A stretch of 64,000 nucleotides of DNA from a virus (IMGVR_UViG_3300047325_000170:32001-96000); one strand, 5' to 3'; counted from the stretch's first letter, positions 37,344 to 48,210 are shown. A program made the numbers and translations. The notes: generated by a model not told the origin, from the letters alone.

Positions 37344-37508
37344 TCATGGCGTCGTTACGCGAACCCAATCATAAGAGAACAGACCAACGCTGCCTATGCG
37401 GTTGTCCTGTTCCTGGTCCTTCGCATCCTGGCGCAGAATGAAGGCGTCGAGCTTGCCGTCCACGCGCATCAGCAGCTGAAGGATGAGTGGCTCTTCATGC
37501 TCGCTCAT
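37344..37508 (-). CDS. 54-aa ORF, possibly a truncated holin/coiled-coil gene remnant
   Basis: ATGA overlap with the upstream stop. MSEHEEPLILQLLMRVDGKLD...QDNRIGS then an unrelated-looking short tail. Confidence 0.4.
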   Translation of the reverse strand: MSEHEEPLILQLLMRVDGKLDAFILRQDAKDQEQDNRIGSVGLFSYDWVRVTTP

Positions 37509-38242
37509 CGGCGGAATACCGCGCTCATGTTCGTGAGCTTCTGTGCCGCAGTAAGGCGCGCGTTGTAGACCGCAATGTTTTGGACAATCATTGTCCCCCA
37601 ATAGCCGCCATTGAGCCCACCGACAATGAGGCCGCCGGACAGTGTTCCGCCGGATGGCGAAGCGCCGCTGCCGACTTGAATCCCGTTGACCGAAGTGTAT
37701 TGGTCAGTCCCGTCCCATTCAGCATGAAAGAGAATCGCACTGAGGCCGCTATAGATGCCCGTAATGTGATTATTGCTGTAGTCACTGTAACCCAGGCCGT
37801 AGCCGTTCATATTGTTCCACCACGCGAGCCCTGTCGAACCCGTGTTGTTGGCGCAACAGATTCCGTAGGTGTTGCCGTTGTCATACTGATAGTTAATCAA
37901 CAGCAATTCAATGCACCAGGAACCAGACGTTGGGATAACGCCCGCCGCGCTGAGCTTGTCGGCACTGTTAGCGGAGTTGCAAAAGACAGCGGTCTGTCCG
38001 TCGTTCAAAAGACCAGGAACGCCCACGATAGCTGACCCGCTAACCGTCAAGGTAGTAGAGCCAACGCTCGCAGCGAGAGATGTCGAACCGCTCGCATCGT
38101 TGCACCGCCACTGATGAGTGAGACTGCTAATGTTTTGCTGCGCTTGGTGCAGCGTCGCATACGTTGTCCCGCTTGCAGCGAGGACCGTCGTTACGCCTCC
38201 TGGTATGCAAAGCGTTCCTGCCGCGTATGATGATTGTGCCAT
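37505..38242 (-). CDS. LamG/concanavalin-A-like fibre-associated protein
   Basis: WRCND.SG, HAEWDG...VNG and IAVYNARLT..Q motifs. Downstream of the giant fibre. Confidence 0.7.
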   Translation of the reverse strand: MAQSSYAAGTLCIPGGVTTVLAASGTTYATLHQAQQNISSLTHQWRCNDASGSTSLAASVGSTTLTVSGSAIVGVPGLLNDGQTAVFCNSANSADKLSAAGVIPTSGSWCIELLLINYQYDNGNTYGICCANNTGSTGLAWWNNMNGYGLGYSDYSNNHITGIYSGLSAILFHAEWDGTDQYTSVNGIQVGSGASPSGGTLSGGLIVGGLNGGYWGTMIVQNIAVYNARLTAAQKLTNMSAVFRR

Positions 38243-38250
38243 GATCGCTC

Positions 38251-41200
38251 CTAAGTAATGTAGGCCGAGATAACGGCCGTCGAACTAGACTGATAGGAGG
38301 AGTTGGAGCTGACGTTTCCGCCCGCGTTGCTGATACCGTTCGCCCCTTGCTTACCGACCAAAAGACACGCGCTGCGCGCTGAGTCTGCCGGATCGCAGTG
38401 GTACAAGTCTGCCCACGGTGGGTAGCCAATCTGATAACTACCGTGACTGACCAAGCCAACGAGAACAATCGGCCAGGAGCCTGCAGGCGGTGTCCATGAC
38501 GGGAGTCTCACGAGATACGTTCCCGTTGCATCGGCGGCACTATTGATGGTGATGGATCGCGTACCTTGCACTTCCCAAACGATGCACGCGCCTTCGTCCG
38601 TGTTGTTCCAATTGAAGGTAACGGCAGTGTCCGAGGCACTTGCCTTCTTGAAGATTGCAACGCCGGAATAGGGCGAGGTGGTGTGGCTCGAAACGCTCGT
38701 CCAACCGGAAGGCGTGTTGAGCGTTTGGCTGGGGCCGTCCCAATAGACGAAAGCGAAGAGCGTGTTGCCGCTCGCTGCTGCTGTTCCCGGAAGTGTTGCG
38801 GTGATGCTTGGCCCCTGCGTGCCGAACGTACCCGCCATCGCTGATTGAATGATGGTGAACGGATAGCCACCCGTGACCGTCACCGGATACGGCGTCAGCA
38901 CCGAGACGCTCGTTCCCGTGATGCCTTGCACAATGCAGCTGTAGGGTGTTGAACCATCCGTACTTGGGAGCTGCACAAGCTCTCCCACGTTGAGACTTGG
39001 CGCAGACGTAAAGCTCATTGTGCCCGTGGATCCAGCAGCCGGCGGATAGAACGTAGACGCCAGCGCAGGATAACTCACGCCACCGCCACCGCTGCCTCCC
39101 GAAGAAGCGATAGTGAACGTGTTGCCGCTTTGCGTCACACCGCTTCCGGTGAGGGTGATCGCTCCGGTGACTGTGGAGCTTGGACCGATAATGGACGTGA
39201 CACCTGATGCGCTACCGCTGCCGGATGTGCTGCTGTAGACGATGATGGAGCTGCCGGATCGCGTGACCGTCGTTCCGCCGCTGCCGACAAGTGCAAGGGT
39301 GCCGCTCGCCCCATTGAGCGTTGTGACGCCGCCACTTGTCGTGCCACCACCAAGGTTCGCGAACTGATAGTTCTTTGTGCCGCCAACGCTTGGCACATAG
39401 AAGATTGCGCCGTAGTCGTTCGTGAGTCCAGAGCCTGTTGTCGTTGCTGCTTGCGAAGCAACGGCACTTGGGTTGGAGATATGCTGCGTCACGAGGTAGG
39501 TGCCAGCGAGGTCAAGGGTCCAGCCACTCGAAGCAACCGCCGTGCCTGCGCCACCGGAGAACGTCTGTATCGCGAAGCTCAAAGAGTATGCGGGCACGGA
39601 GATTGAGGCCGTAGGATTGCTCGACGTTGCAACCGGAGTGGACGGCGTACCCCAATTGTTCACTTCATACATGACGTTTTGCGAGCTGCCGGTTAAGGCC
39701 ACGCTTTGGTCAGAGCTGCCCGCTGAGGTCTTGGTAAAGACCGCCATGTTGTAACCGCTTGTATTATAGAAGGTCATCGTCCAACCGGAAGGCACCGACG
39801 GTTCTCCCGTGTTGTAGTACATTCCGAGGATAATGAGCAGGTTACCAACGGTTGGCGCAGACACAAGTGATGCCGTCGAACTTGCGTAAGCTGATGAGTT
39901 TTTCTGCACCACCGATGGTTGCGGTTCTTCAGGGTTGTAGACGAGCGCATAGCCCAGCTGCTGCGTCGTTGTATCTACATCGGTCAGCGCCGCAAGGGTT
40001 GTGGCGCTTCCACCCGCACCCGTGCTAGAGATATTGATTGCGGAGCCTGAGACGGTCAGCGTGATATTGCTGCCCTGTTGAAGGGTGACGCCGCCCGTCA
40101 GACCATTGATCGAGGTAACGCCACCTCCACCAGAACCACTCGCGGTTGAATTGATGGTGATCGCGGTGCCGCTCTGGACAACGGTGATGTTGGTACCAGC
40201 CTTGATGGCAAGGGCACCCGTTGCGCTATTGAGGCTCGTGACGCCGCCCGGAGATCCACCGGCAACGACAAAGCTGCCCGCCGCTGTCCCTGGCGTGACG
40301 GTTGTTCCACCGCTACCGAGGAGCGTGATTGGTCCCGTGTCGCCATTGAACGAACTGACCAGGCCACCAGAGGCAACGCTGCTGATGGTCAGGGTGCCAC
40401 TTGAGGCGGTGATCGTGGTGCTGCCCGATCCCACAATATTGACGGGACCGAGGACTTCGGTGCCGTTGACGCTGATTGGCCCGCTGATGGCGACGAACTC
40501 GTAGGGCTGATTTGCGTTCGCGGGTGGAATGTAGAAGAGGCCATACGTGCCCGCGCCAGCTGTGGTGAAGGCATTGGCCGTTAAGGTCGGTGTGTAGGTT
40601 GTTGAGCCATTTGCGGTAATGGTCTCGGTATCGAAGGCCCAGGAATAGCCAGATCCTACGGGCGGTGTCGGACCTTCGTAGTCGGTCCAGCCGCTCATCG
40701 GGACCGGGAAGCTAGACGAACGATTCCCGAAGGTTGCAACGACAAGAGAATTGATGACCGGTGTGACACTGAGCGTTCCGCCCGTCGTGGAGAATCCGGT
40801 CGTCGTTTGGGCGCCGGCGGGCGTTCCCGCATTGGCAATCTCAAAGAGTTGGACGCTTGTCGCAGTGTTGCCGCTGCTTAAGAAAGTGACGCCCGTGTCC
40901 GTGCCGCTCGCGATCTTGTAAGCGGCAGCGGCAGTCTGGTAGTTGTTGGTCTGTGTGTAGATGCTCGTCCAGCCCGAAGGGAGACTGTACGGGAAGCCAT
41001 CGGCGAAGATGACAAGGAGCATCATGTTCCCTTGGATCGGCGTCGTCGGGAAGCTGAAGGTGGTTGGACCCGCGGCAGTACTCGCAAAGGAGACCGTCTG
41101 CCGGATGGTCGGGGATGGATTATAGGTTAGGTAGGTACCAAAGGCTTGCGTGCTCGTTGCGACGTCGGAGAGATTCGCGAGGGCATTGAGCTGCGGCACC

Positions 41201-44200
41201 CAGCCACCAGAAGCAGCAAGGTAGGTGAGATTGGTATTGTTGCTCGGAGATCCACCAACGTAGTCTTCGAGCATTTCGACCGTTGGATTGTAATAGAGGA
41301 CCGCAGAACCGCTGCCGATAGATGAACTTCCTGCCGTCCATCCCGTGGTCTTGAGGGTCTTAACCGTCAGTCCCGTTGCGCTTGCAACATTCGTGATCGT
41401 GAAGATCGCGCTATTGCTCGCACTTGCGATGTAAACGTTCGTGTTCGGTGCGTAGAAGGCGGTCGTCGTAACGGGCAGCGTGCCGCTCGAGGCAATCGCC
41501 GGGATTGCAAAGCTCGAAGAGGTGGTAGCTAAGCCTCCACCGCCCGCGCCACTGAAGGCGATGAGCGAGCCATTGGGAATGTTCGTTGCCCCACCTTGCA
41601 CCACGGTCTGCACCGTGAGTGTGTTGGTGAGGATGTTCATGTTCGTGATCAAGCCAATATACGGGTAGTCCGTATTGTTGGCGATCTGCACATAGACATA
41701 GCCATTGCCGAAGATACCGGCGCTGCCGACACTGACAGTCGTTGTTTGCCCAACGATGGGCGGCGAGAAGTTCTGGGTGATCGTTGTCGCACCCGCTCCG
41801 CCGCCGGGGTTCCCCTGCGCACCTGGTGGTCCGCCAAAGGTGATGACGGTTCCAATGGAAAGCACTTGGCCGACGGTTGCTGAACCAAGGCTGATGGTCT
41901 GGATCGTTAAGGTGCTGCCGGAGACACCGGTGACATAGCCTTCGTAAGCGAAGGTGCCACCGCTCGGCAACTGGACATAGACGCCGGCTGGGAAGGCATA
42001 CGCATCAGCAACGGTGACGGTCGCAGCATTGCCCACGTTCGGAACCGTGAAGGTACCGACAAGCGTTGTTGCACCGTGGCCAGCCGGTCCGCCCGATCCC
42101 GCTGGGCCCGTCGTGCCCTGCAGACCTGTTGGACCCTGGGGACCCTGGATGCCCGTAGAGATCCCGGTCCAGGTGACGAGACTTCCCGAGGCAAGGGGTG
42201 CATAGGTCGGTGAGTAGACGGTCGTGGCGCTGATGGAACCCACGGCAGTGCCCACAACCGTTCCGACGTAAGGCGAAGGACCGTTGCTTGCGCTCGGAAC
42301 AAGGATCTGATTGCCTACTCCAAAGGCGGTGGAGTCGACAACCGAGAGGACACCAAGGGCACCCGACGCAGGCGGCGTGAAGGTCGCGTTAAGAGTCGTT
42401 GAGCCATGGCCGGATGGCCCGGTTGGGCCGGTGGGACCAACACTTCCCGTTGGACCCTGCGATCCTGTTGCGCCTTGCGGTCCACTGAAGGTTGCAATCG
42501 CTCCCGGAGAGAGAGTCGATGAAGTCCCAACGATGAAGGTTTCAACGGTGAGGGTATTACCGCTCTGCGCGGTAACTTGGCCGAAGAAGGGACTCGTTGT
42601 CCCGTTCTCAACAAGGATGTAGCTTCCCGGGGGGAAGGCCGTGCCGTCGAGCACATACATCGTGCCCGTTGCATTGACGCTCGGAACGGAGTAGCTACTC
42701 GTGAGCGAGGTTGCGCCATGGCCTGGTGTGCCGCTCGAGCCCCGTGCGCCGCTCCCTGCACCCGAGCTGTTGACGACAACACTGATCGAGGGCATCGAGC
42801 CGCTCGAACTTGACCAACTCCAGCTCGGCACATACAAACTCGCAGAGTTGCCCGGAGATCCATAGACCTGGACATCGAGGGGATACGCGCCCGCACCGAT
42901 GACGCCTTCGCTCGTCCACCCACTTGCCGCCGCTGTTCCGGTCGAGGTGCCGCTCTGCGTGAAGCCTGCGAGCAAGAGGCCGCCATTATAAGTGGGGATG
43001 AGCCCCGCGCCATTGGTCGTTGTGGAGATGTAGCTATTTGGTTGAAGCGAACTCCAGCCTTGGATCTCTTGGAGGTAGTAATTTGAAGCCGCGCTGCCCG
43101 CATAGGAGAAGCTGTACGCGGTCTCACCCGCGAGCACAACGTGCGCGAAGAGATCGAGTTCGGCATTTCCGTTATTGACCGTTGAGACAAGGTCCCAGAC
43201 ACTTGTCTGCGGCAAGACGGGAGCGTCAGTCTTGTGCGATGCCCACACAAGGACGAGATCTCCAGGTACAGCAGAGCTCGAGAGGGTAAGGGTCGTCGTG
43301 CCCGCACCGGTGTTGGTTGCGCTCGTGTGCTGGTAGATGACCGGCTGTGCGGTCGACGCCGGTTGAATGAGCAAGAGACCGGTATTGCCGTAGTTCTCAT
43401 TGCTGGTAAAGCTAATGTTGTCCCAGAGGGTTGAAGCAGAGACGCTCGAGGTGTTGGGCCCTGTAATTGGCCCCAGCTGCACGCAGTGCGGCGAATAGAG
43501 CGGTTCGGGATCGGAGATGATAGACCAGCCACCGTTATAGGTTGGCAGGTTGCCCGTCCCGATGTTGAAGAGTGCGAGAGGTAAGCAGTAGAGTGCATTC
43601 GGCCCAAGGCTCGGTGTCGTCTGCGCGGCCGCAATTGCGGTGCCTGCCATGGCATGCTGAATGATGCCTGCATTGGCAACTTCAAGGACGGTAACGGCCG
43701 TGTAGTCGCTCTGCGAGAAGGTAAAGGAAAGCGTGCCCTCACTGCCTACGGCCTGCTTCGTGTAGACCGCAAGGTTGTAGGGGAAGTGGTTCGCAAAGTC
43801 GAGCAGCGAGAAGCCCGAGGGAACCGTCGGGATATTGGTTCCCATCGCCGATGAGTAGGTGAGGATCGCAATGAGCGTATTGCCCGACGTTGGCTGTGCA
43901 ACGTTGACGCTGACCGAGTTCGTGTCGGTGTTGCCGCCATTGCTGTTGACAACTTGAACGACGTAGGGTTGCTGGACCGCAACCGATCCAATGGTGCCAA
44001 TAGGTTGACCGGCGGGTCCTTCCGCACCACTGTTGCCCACTGTCGTATTCGAGGGGATGGGAGAGGTTGATCCCGTTTGAATGGTGAGGAGTGTTAAGCC
44101 CGTCGTGCCGATCTGAGCAAGGACCTGACCGATGTAGGGTTCAAGGCCGCCGGTAGAAAGCAAGACGTACGCACCGACGGTGTAGGCGGTGTTGTTGACA

Positions 44201-47200
44201 ACCGAGAGGGTGTTCTCTCCACCCACCGCTGGCACATCAAAGGCGGCGGTGGTCTGCGTGATACCGCTTCCCGTTGGACCCGTTGGGCCCGTTGGTCCCG
44301 TCGGACCGGTTGGGCCCGTTGGACCAGTTGGTCCCGGCGGTCCCGCCGGATTACCAGAGAAGGTAACGGTAGCGCTCGCGGCAATCGTCCCTGAACTTCC
44401 CGTTTGAACGGTCGTGACGTAGAGGTTCGAGGTTCCGCCGCCGCTGAGAACTTGTCCAATGTAGGGCGAGACCGTTCCGTTGGACACGAGCAGATACGCA
44501 CCGTTCGGGAAGGCGATGCCATCCGAGACCGAGAGCGTTGCGCTTGTGTTATACGCAGGCGGTGAGAACGGTGCCGTTGTGTAGGTTGCGCCGGGGCCGG
44601 TGGGGCCTTGGGGTCCCTGGACACCGGTTGGGACACCGGTGAAGGTAACGAGAGTCCCCGAACTGATGACGCTGCCCGCCGAGAGACTGCCGAGGTTGAT
44701 CGTCTCGATGCCAAGGGTCGAACCGGAGTTGCTGGAGATCTGGCCTATGTAGGGCGACGCACCGCCGGTCGGCATGAGGATGTAGGAACCAACCGGGAAG
44801 GCCGTTGCGTCTTCGACCGTGACCGTGGCTGAACTATCGACCGTCGGGACCGTGAAGTTCGCAGTCGTCAGCGTCGTGCCGTGACCTGAGGATCCCGTAG
44901 CACCCGTTGGCCCCTGGGGACCAGAGAAGGTCACCGTTGCACCGGAATGGATGACCGCGACATTGGCTTGCTGCACGGTCGTTGCGGTGATTGCACCGGT
45001 CGTCAGATTCGCAGCGGTGATCAGGCCAACATACGCGACCGTTCCCCCATCGAGGACGCTTGAGATCAGGGCATAGGCACCCACAGGGAACGCGGTTGCA
45101 TCAGCAACGTAGAAGGTTGACGAGGCACCCGCTGAGGGATTTCCAAAGTCGGCGGTTGTTGTTGTGGTGCCGTGATTGTTGGAAGTGATATTCTTCCAGG
45201 CCGGCAGCGCTGAGTTGTACGCCGTCTGGACAAAGAGCGAAGCTGTACCCGTCGAGTCGGAGTTCAGCATCCGATACGAGCCCTGGTTCTGTTGGTCGTT
45301 CGCGTCGGCGAAGGAACCACTGAGCGGCGGATCCGCCGAGCAGGTGATCGTGATCGGGAGGGTCGAGCTATCGACGGGGAAGAGGCGAATACCTAAGGTC
45401 TGGCTGTAACCACTAATCGAGGGGTTCTCAGGTCCTGGCTTGTAGCCCGTTGCATACTTGCCAACTTCGAACTGCGGGGTTGCCCAGAAGACATTCCCAC
45501 CGGAGATCCCGCAGTGGTTCGTCTGTTGGATGACGCGCACGTAGAGTACCGAGCCATCGGAAGGACACTGCCAGGTAACCGAGACGATCCCTGACTTCCC
45601 CTTCGTTTGGTACGCGTTGGCGTAGTCGGTTGTATAATTGAAGTTCTGCGCGTAGCCCGGGGTCGCAGCAGTCGTTGCATCGACAATGCCCCAGAAGGGA
45701 AGGTTGCTCGACGTCGTAACGTAGGTCGCGTCAATGTAGCCCGAGAGCGTGTAATAACTTCCCGGGATGACGGGGATCGGCACCTGGCTGACGATGTGGC
45801 CGTCTTCGCCGGAGAACGTTGGGCGTGCGAAGATCGCATTCTCAACGCCCGTCGTATCAGCAGTCGTCCCACGCTGAACGCCAAACTTGACGCCATCGAC
45901 CTGATAGCCGGCCCAGTACGGGTTCCAGATATCGGAGCTGCCAGCGAAGCCCGAGCTATTGAAGTCACTGGCATCAAAGTTCGAGTCCGTGATAAGGTTC
46001 GGGTTCGTTGAAGCAAGCCCCGGTGGATTGAAGGGCACGGCCCCCGCCGAGGTCGTGATCGGGGTGATGTACGTCTCGGTGCCACTCGTCGAGATCCCCG
46101 AGACCGCGAAGTCCCAGATGACACCATTCGAGAGATCTTCAAAGGTGTAGGTGTACGTACCAACGAGAGGCAGGTTGTTGAGGTCGGGATCGGCGAGATC
46201 TTGCGCGGGGATAATATCCCAGCCCGACCAGTACGGATCTCCGTCCTGTCGCACCCAGACGTGCAGATTCCGCAAGCTTCCATCGAGGGGCTGATTCTGC
46301 ACTTGGAAGGACACAACGTAGGCTGTCGTGATGCCGTTGATCGAAGGAATCGTTTGGACAGCAGGAATCGCAGCGGGAATACCACCACTGCCCGCCGGTA
46401 CGCCAGCGGTGACTTGGGGCACCCACGCCGTGTTGTTCGCCAACATGTCGTTCGTGAGGCCCATCTGGCCATTGAACCAGCTATCGGCAAAGACGCTGAT
46501 GGGACCGGTAACTTCGCCTGTGGAGATGTAGCTCGCCCCGAAGTCAAAGAACTTTGAGGAGAGAGGCACACGGCCATAGGAGTAGGAGATCGCCTGACCT
46601 TCAGGGGGCGACGGCAGGCCATTGATGTTGATCTTGTCGGCGAGGATCCAGGGATAGGTCTTCGGGGGATCGATGCCGCCGGGATCAAGCGATCCAATGA
46701 GGATCGTTGCGGCGTGGTAGCCCTGTTGATACCCCGTCTGACTCGAGGAGTTGATCCCAAAGGTACAACTGATGGGCGTGACTTCATCTTGCGTCAGTGA
46801 GAGCGAGTGAGCCGAAGCACCCTGGTAATAGTTTTCGTCGTAGGCACTTGAATAGCCGACGTAGCCATCGAGAGTCCAGCCCGGTGAGAGAACCGTTGGA
46901 TCAAAGCCCGGATCGTCAAGATGCAAGCCGATCCACGAGATCGCAAAGTCGGCAAAGACGCGCGGGGTTACGGTCTGGCTTGTGACCGATGCTGATCCAT
47001 TCGCATTAACGATAGAGTCGACGACATCAATCGTTGCTGTTGGGCTGACGCCACCGAGCTCATAGCAGAAGATAAGCGGGACGCCATAGATGAAGGTGTT
47101 GTAAACGTCCTGCGTCAGACCGCTTGCGGCGTCTTCTGCTGTCCAGAACTTGTAGAAGACCATGAGGCCGGTAACGACATTGGGATCGCTATCAGGATCA

Positions 47201-48171
47201 ATCCAGGCGCGGTTCCAGCCCACCGCCGGGGACGGCAAGGCATTTGCGGCCGCAGCCAGGACTAAGACGAGGTTGCCGACCTTGGGTGCATTGCCCGCAT
47301 CGAACTGCAAGCCGCCGCCGACCCAGGCGTGCGACTGCACAAAGTAGACACCACCCTGCGCGGGGATGGGCGTTAAGGGATCGGGATGCTGACGATACCA
47401 GAAGCCGGCCTGGTTGACCGAAAGATCCGTTGGGACGTTCGTAAAGTACGGATCGACCGTGAGGTCTTGGTAATAGCCAGGATAGTTGTTCCACGCCGTT
47501 ATGGATTCAAGGTTGAAGGGATACGTGGAACTCTGGAGATAGGTCGGCGCCGGTGGGACATTGTAGTCGAGGATCGCTGAGAGATCGTTCCCAAGACCGC
47601 TCCAGAGGACGAGCGTTCCCTCGGGGATGATCGTGCCAACCTGCGCGAGGTTGAGGACTTGTGACTCGATAGTCAGGTACTCGCCCGATGCGGCGACGAC
47701 CGAGGAGATGTAGGGCAGTCCCGATCCACCCGATGCGAGCGGAACCTCCATCTGGATGATTGTCTCGAGCGGGTACCCGAAGGGTGGGTAAACAGGAACG
47801 ACCACCGTCTCACCGACCGGCGGCACAGCGAAGGGAGCTTGGGTGACCCCAATGAACTCGCCGATGCCGCCACTTGCGATGTTGACGATGGTCGTGTTGT
47901 TGCCGCTCGCTGGGAGAGCGGTCGTGTACTGGCCCCAGATGTAGACCTCAACGAGGGGCGCAAGGCCACCCGCACTACCGGGGGTAAGGAGCGTGCTTAA
48001 AGAGGTTGAGGCATCCGCATCAGCCGTAGGCACAACGGCCACGGCATTGGGCAGGACACTGTAGGTTGAGCCGCCAGCTTCGAAACTGATGACATCAAGG
48101 GTCTCGTTCCGAAAGCCCCGGTTGCGAACAACGGGGCTGTATGCTTCGAAACCACCCCAGTTTGTGCTCAA
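38251..48171 (-). CDS. Giant modular fibre/adhesin (3306 aa) with collagen-like linkers
   Basis: Multiple internal repeat families, Gly-X-Y stretches, and a CBM-like segment (NLITDSNF...YTLSGY...PQFEVG..ATGY.P). TTG start. Confidence 0.85.
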   Translation of the reverse strand: MSTNWGGFEAYSPVVRNRGFRNETLDVISFEAGGSTYSVLPNAVAVVPTADADASTSLSTLLTPGSAGGLAPLVEVYIWGQYTTALPASGNNTTIVNIASGGIGEFIGVTQAPFAVPPVGETVVVPVYPPFGYPLETIIQMEVPLASGGSGLPYISSVVAASGEYLTIESQVLNLAQVGTIIPEGTLVLWSGLGNDLSAILDYNVPPAPTYLQSSTYPFNLESITAWNNYPGYYQDLTVDPYFTNVPTDLSVNQAGFWYRQHPDPLTPIPAQGGVYFVQSHAWVGGGLQFDAGNAPKVGNLVLVLAAAANALPSPAVGWNRAWIDPDSDPNVVTGLMVFYKFWTAEDAASGLTQDVYNTFIYGVPLIFCYELGGVSPTATIDVVDSIVNANGSASVTSQTVTPRVFADFAISWIGLHLDDPGFDPTVLSPGWTLDGYVGYSSAYDENYYQGASAHSLSLTQDEVTPISCTFGINSSSQTGYQQGYHAATILIGSLDPGGIDPPKTYPWILADKININGLPSPPEGQAISYSYGRVPLSSKFFDFGASYISTGEVTGPISVFADSWFNGQMGLTNDMLANNTAWVPQVTAGVPAGSGGIPAAIPAVQTIPSINGITTAYVVSFQVQNQPLDGSLRNLHVWVRQDGDPYWSGWDIIPAQDLADPDLNNLPLVGTYTYTFEDLSNGVIWDFAVSGISTSGTETYITPITTSAGAVPFNPPGLASTNPNLITDSNFDASDFNSSGFAGSSDIWNPYWAGYQVDGVKFGVQRGTTADTTGVENAIFARPTFSGEDGHIVSQVPIPVIPGSYYTLSGYIDATYVTTSSNLPFWGIVDATTAATPGYAQNFNYTTDYANAYQTKGKSGIVSVTWQCPSDGSVLYVRVIQQTNHCGISGGNVFWATPQFEVGKYATGYKPGPENPSISGYSQTLGIRLFPVDSSTLPITITCSADPPLSGSFADANDQQNQGSYRMLNSDSTGTASLFVQTAYNSALPAWKNITSNNHGTTTTTADFGNPSAGASSTFYVADATAFPVGAYALISSVLDGGTVAYVGLITAANLTTGAITATTVQQANVAVIHSGATVTFSGPQGPTGATGSSGHGTTLTTANFTVPTVDSSATVTVEDATAFPVGSYILMPTGGASPYIGQISSNSGSTLGIETINLGSLSAGSVISSGTLVTFTGVPTGVQGPQGPTGPGATYTTAPFSPPAYNTSATLSVSDGIAFPNGAYLLVSNGTVSPYIGQVLSGGGTSNLYVTTVQTGSSGTIAASATVTFSGNPAGPPGPTGPTGPTGPTGPTGPTGPTGSGITQTTAAFDVPAVGGENTLSVVNNTAYTVGAYVLLSTGGLEPYIGQVLAQIGTTGLTLLTIQTGSTSPIPSNTTVGNSGAEGPAGQPIGTIGSVAVQQPYVVQVVNSNGGNTDTNSVSVNVAQPTSGNTLIAILTYSSAMGTNIPTVPSGFSLLDFANHFPYNLAVYTKQAVGSEGTLSFTFSQSDYTAVTVLEVANAGIIQHAMAGTAIAAAQTTPSLGPNALYCLPLALFNIGTGNLPTYNGGWSIISDPEPLYSPHCVQLGPITGPNTSSVSASTLWDNISFTSNENYGNTGLLLIQPASTAQPVIYQHTSATNTGAGTTTLTLSSSAVPGDLVLVWASHKTDAPVLPQTSVWDLVSTVNNGNAELDLFAHVVLAGETAYSFSYAGSAASNYYLQEIQGWSSLQPNSYISTTTNGAGLIPTYNGGLLLAGFTQSGTSTGTAAASGWTSEGVIGAGAYPLDVQVYGSPGNSASLYVPSWSWSSSSGSMPSISVVVNSSGAGSGARGSSGTPGHGATSLTSSYSVPSVNATGTMYVLDGTAFPPGSYILVENGTTSPFFGQVTAQSGNTLTVETFIVGTSSTLSPGAIATFSGPQGATGSQGPTGSVGPTGPTGPSGHGSTTLNATFTPPASGALGVLSVVDSTAFGVGNQILVPSASNGPSPYVGTVVGTAVGSISATTVYSPTYAPLASGSLVTWTGISTGIQGPQGPTGLQGTTGPAGSGGPAGHGATTLVGTFTVPNVGNAATVTVADAYAFPAGVYVQLPSGGTFAYEGYVTGVSGSTLTIQTISLGSATVGQVLSIGTVITFGGPPGAQGNPGGGAGATTITQNFSPPIVGQTTTVSVGSAGIFGNGYVYVQIANNTDYPYIGLITNMNILTNTLTVQTVVQGGATNIPNGSLIAFSGAGGGGLATTSSSFAIPAIASSGTLPVTTTAFYAPNTNVYIASASNSAIFTITNVASATGLTVKTLKTTGWTAGSSSIGSGSAVLYYNPTVEMLEDYVGGSPSNNTNLTYLAASGGWVPQLNALANLSDVATSTQAFGTYLTYNPSPTIRQTVSFASTAAGPTTFSFPTTPIQGNMMLLVIFADGFPYSLPSGWTSIYTQTNNYQTAAAAYKIASGTDTGVTFLSSGNTATSVQLFEIANAGTPAGAQTTTGFSTTGGTLSVTPVINSLVVATFGNRSSSFPVPMSGWTDYEGPTPPVGSGYSWAFDTETITANGSTTYTPTLTANAFTTAGAGTYGLFYIPPANANQPYEFVAISGPISVNGTEVLGPVNIVGSGSTTITASSGTLTISSVASGGLVSSFNGDTGPITLLGSGGTTVTPGTAAGSFVVAGGSPGGVTSLNSATGALAIKAGTNITVVQSGTAITINSTASGSGGGGVTSINGLTGGVTLQQGSNITLTVSGSAINISSTGAGGSATTLAALTDVDTTTQQLGYALVYNPEEPQPSVVQKNSSAYASSTASLVSAPTVGNLLIILGMYYNTGEPSVPSGWTMTFYNTSGYNMAVFTKTSAGSSDQSVALTGSSQNVMYEVNNWGTPSTPVATSSNPTASISVPAYSLSFAIQTFSGGAGTAVASSGWTLDLAGTYLVTQHISNPSAVASQAATTTGSGLTNDYGAIFYVPSVGGTKNYQFANLGGGTTSGGVTTLNGASGTLALVGSGGTTVTRSGSSIIVYSSTSGSGSASGVTSIIGPSSTVTGAITLTGSGVTQSGNTFTIASSGGSGGGGVSYPALASTFYPPAAGSTGTMSFTSAPSLNVGELVQLPSTDGSTPYSCIVQGITGTSVSVLTPYPVTVTGGYPFTIIQSAMAGTFGTQGPSITATLPGTAAASGNTLFAFVYWDGPSQTLNTPSGWTSVSSHTTSPYSGVAIFKKASASDTAVTFNWNNTDEGACIVWEVQGTRSITINSAADATGTYLVRLPSWTPPAGSWPIVLVGLVSHGSYQIGYPPWADLYHCDPADSARSACLLVGKQGANGISNAGGNVSSNSSYQSSSTAVISAYIT
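44272..44343 (-). repeat. 9-bp degenerate tandem repeat encoding GPP-(GPT)7 collagen-like linker
   Basis: Eight 9-nt units such as cgttggacc/cgttgggcc/cgttggtcc. Confidence 0.9.
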
Positions 48172-48210
48172 GCAAAAACCCCTCTAGCGGGAGTACGAGC
48201 CCTTACACAC

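Noticed and set aside
37344-48171. Diversity-generating retroelement or invertible shufflon at the fibre
   Set aside because: No reverse transcriptase or recombinase in the window, and I saw no near-identical DNA repeat pair. The repeats are diverged at the protein level.
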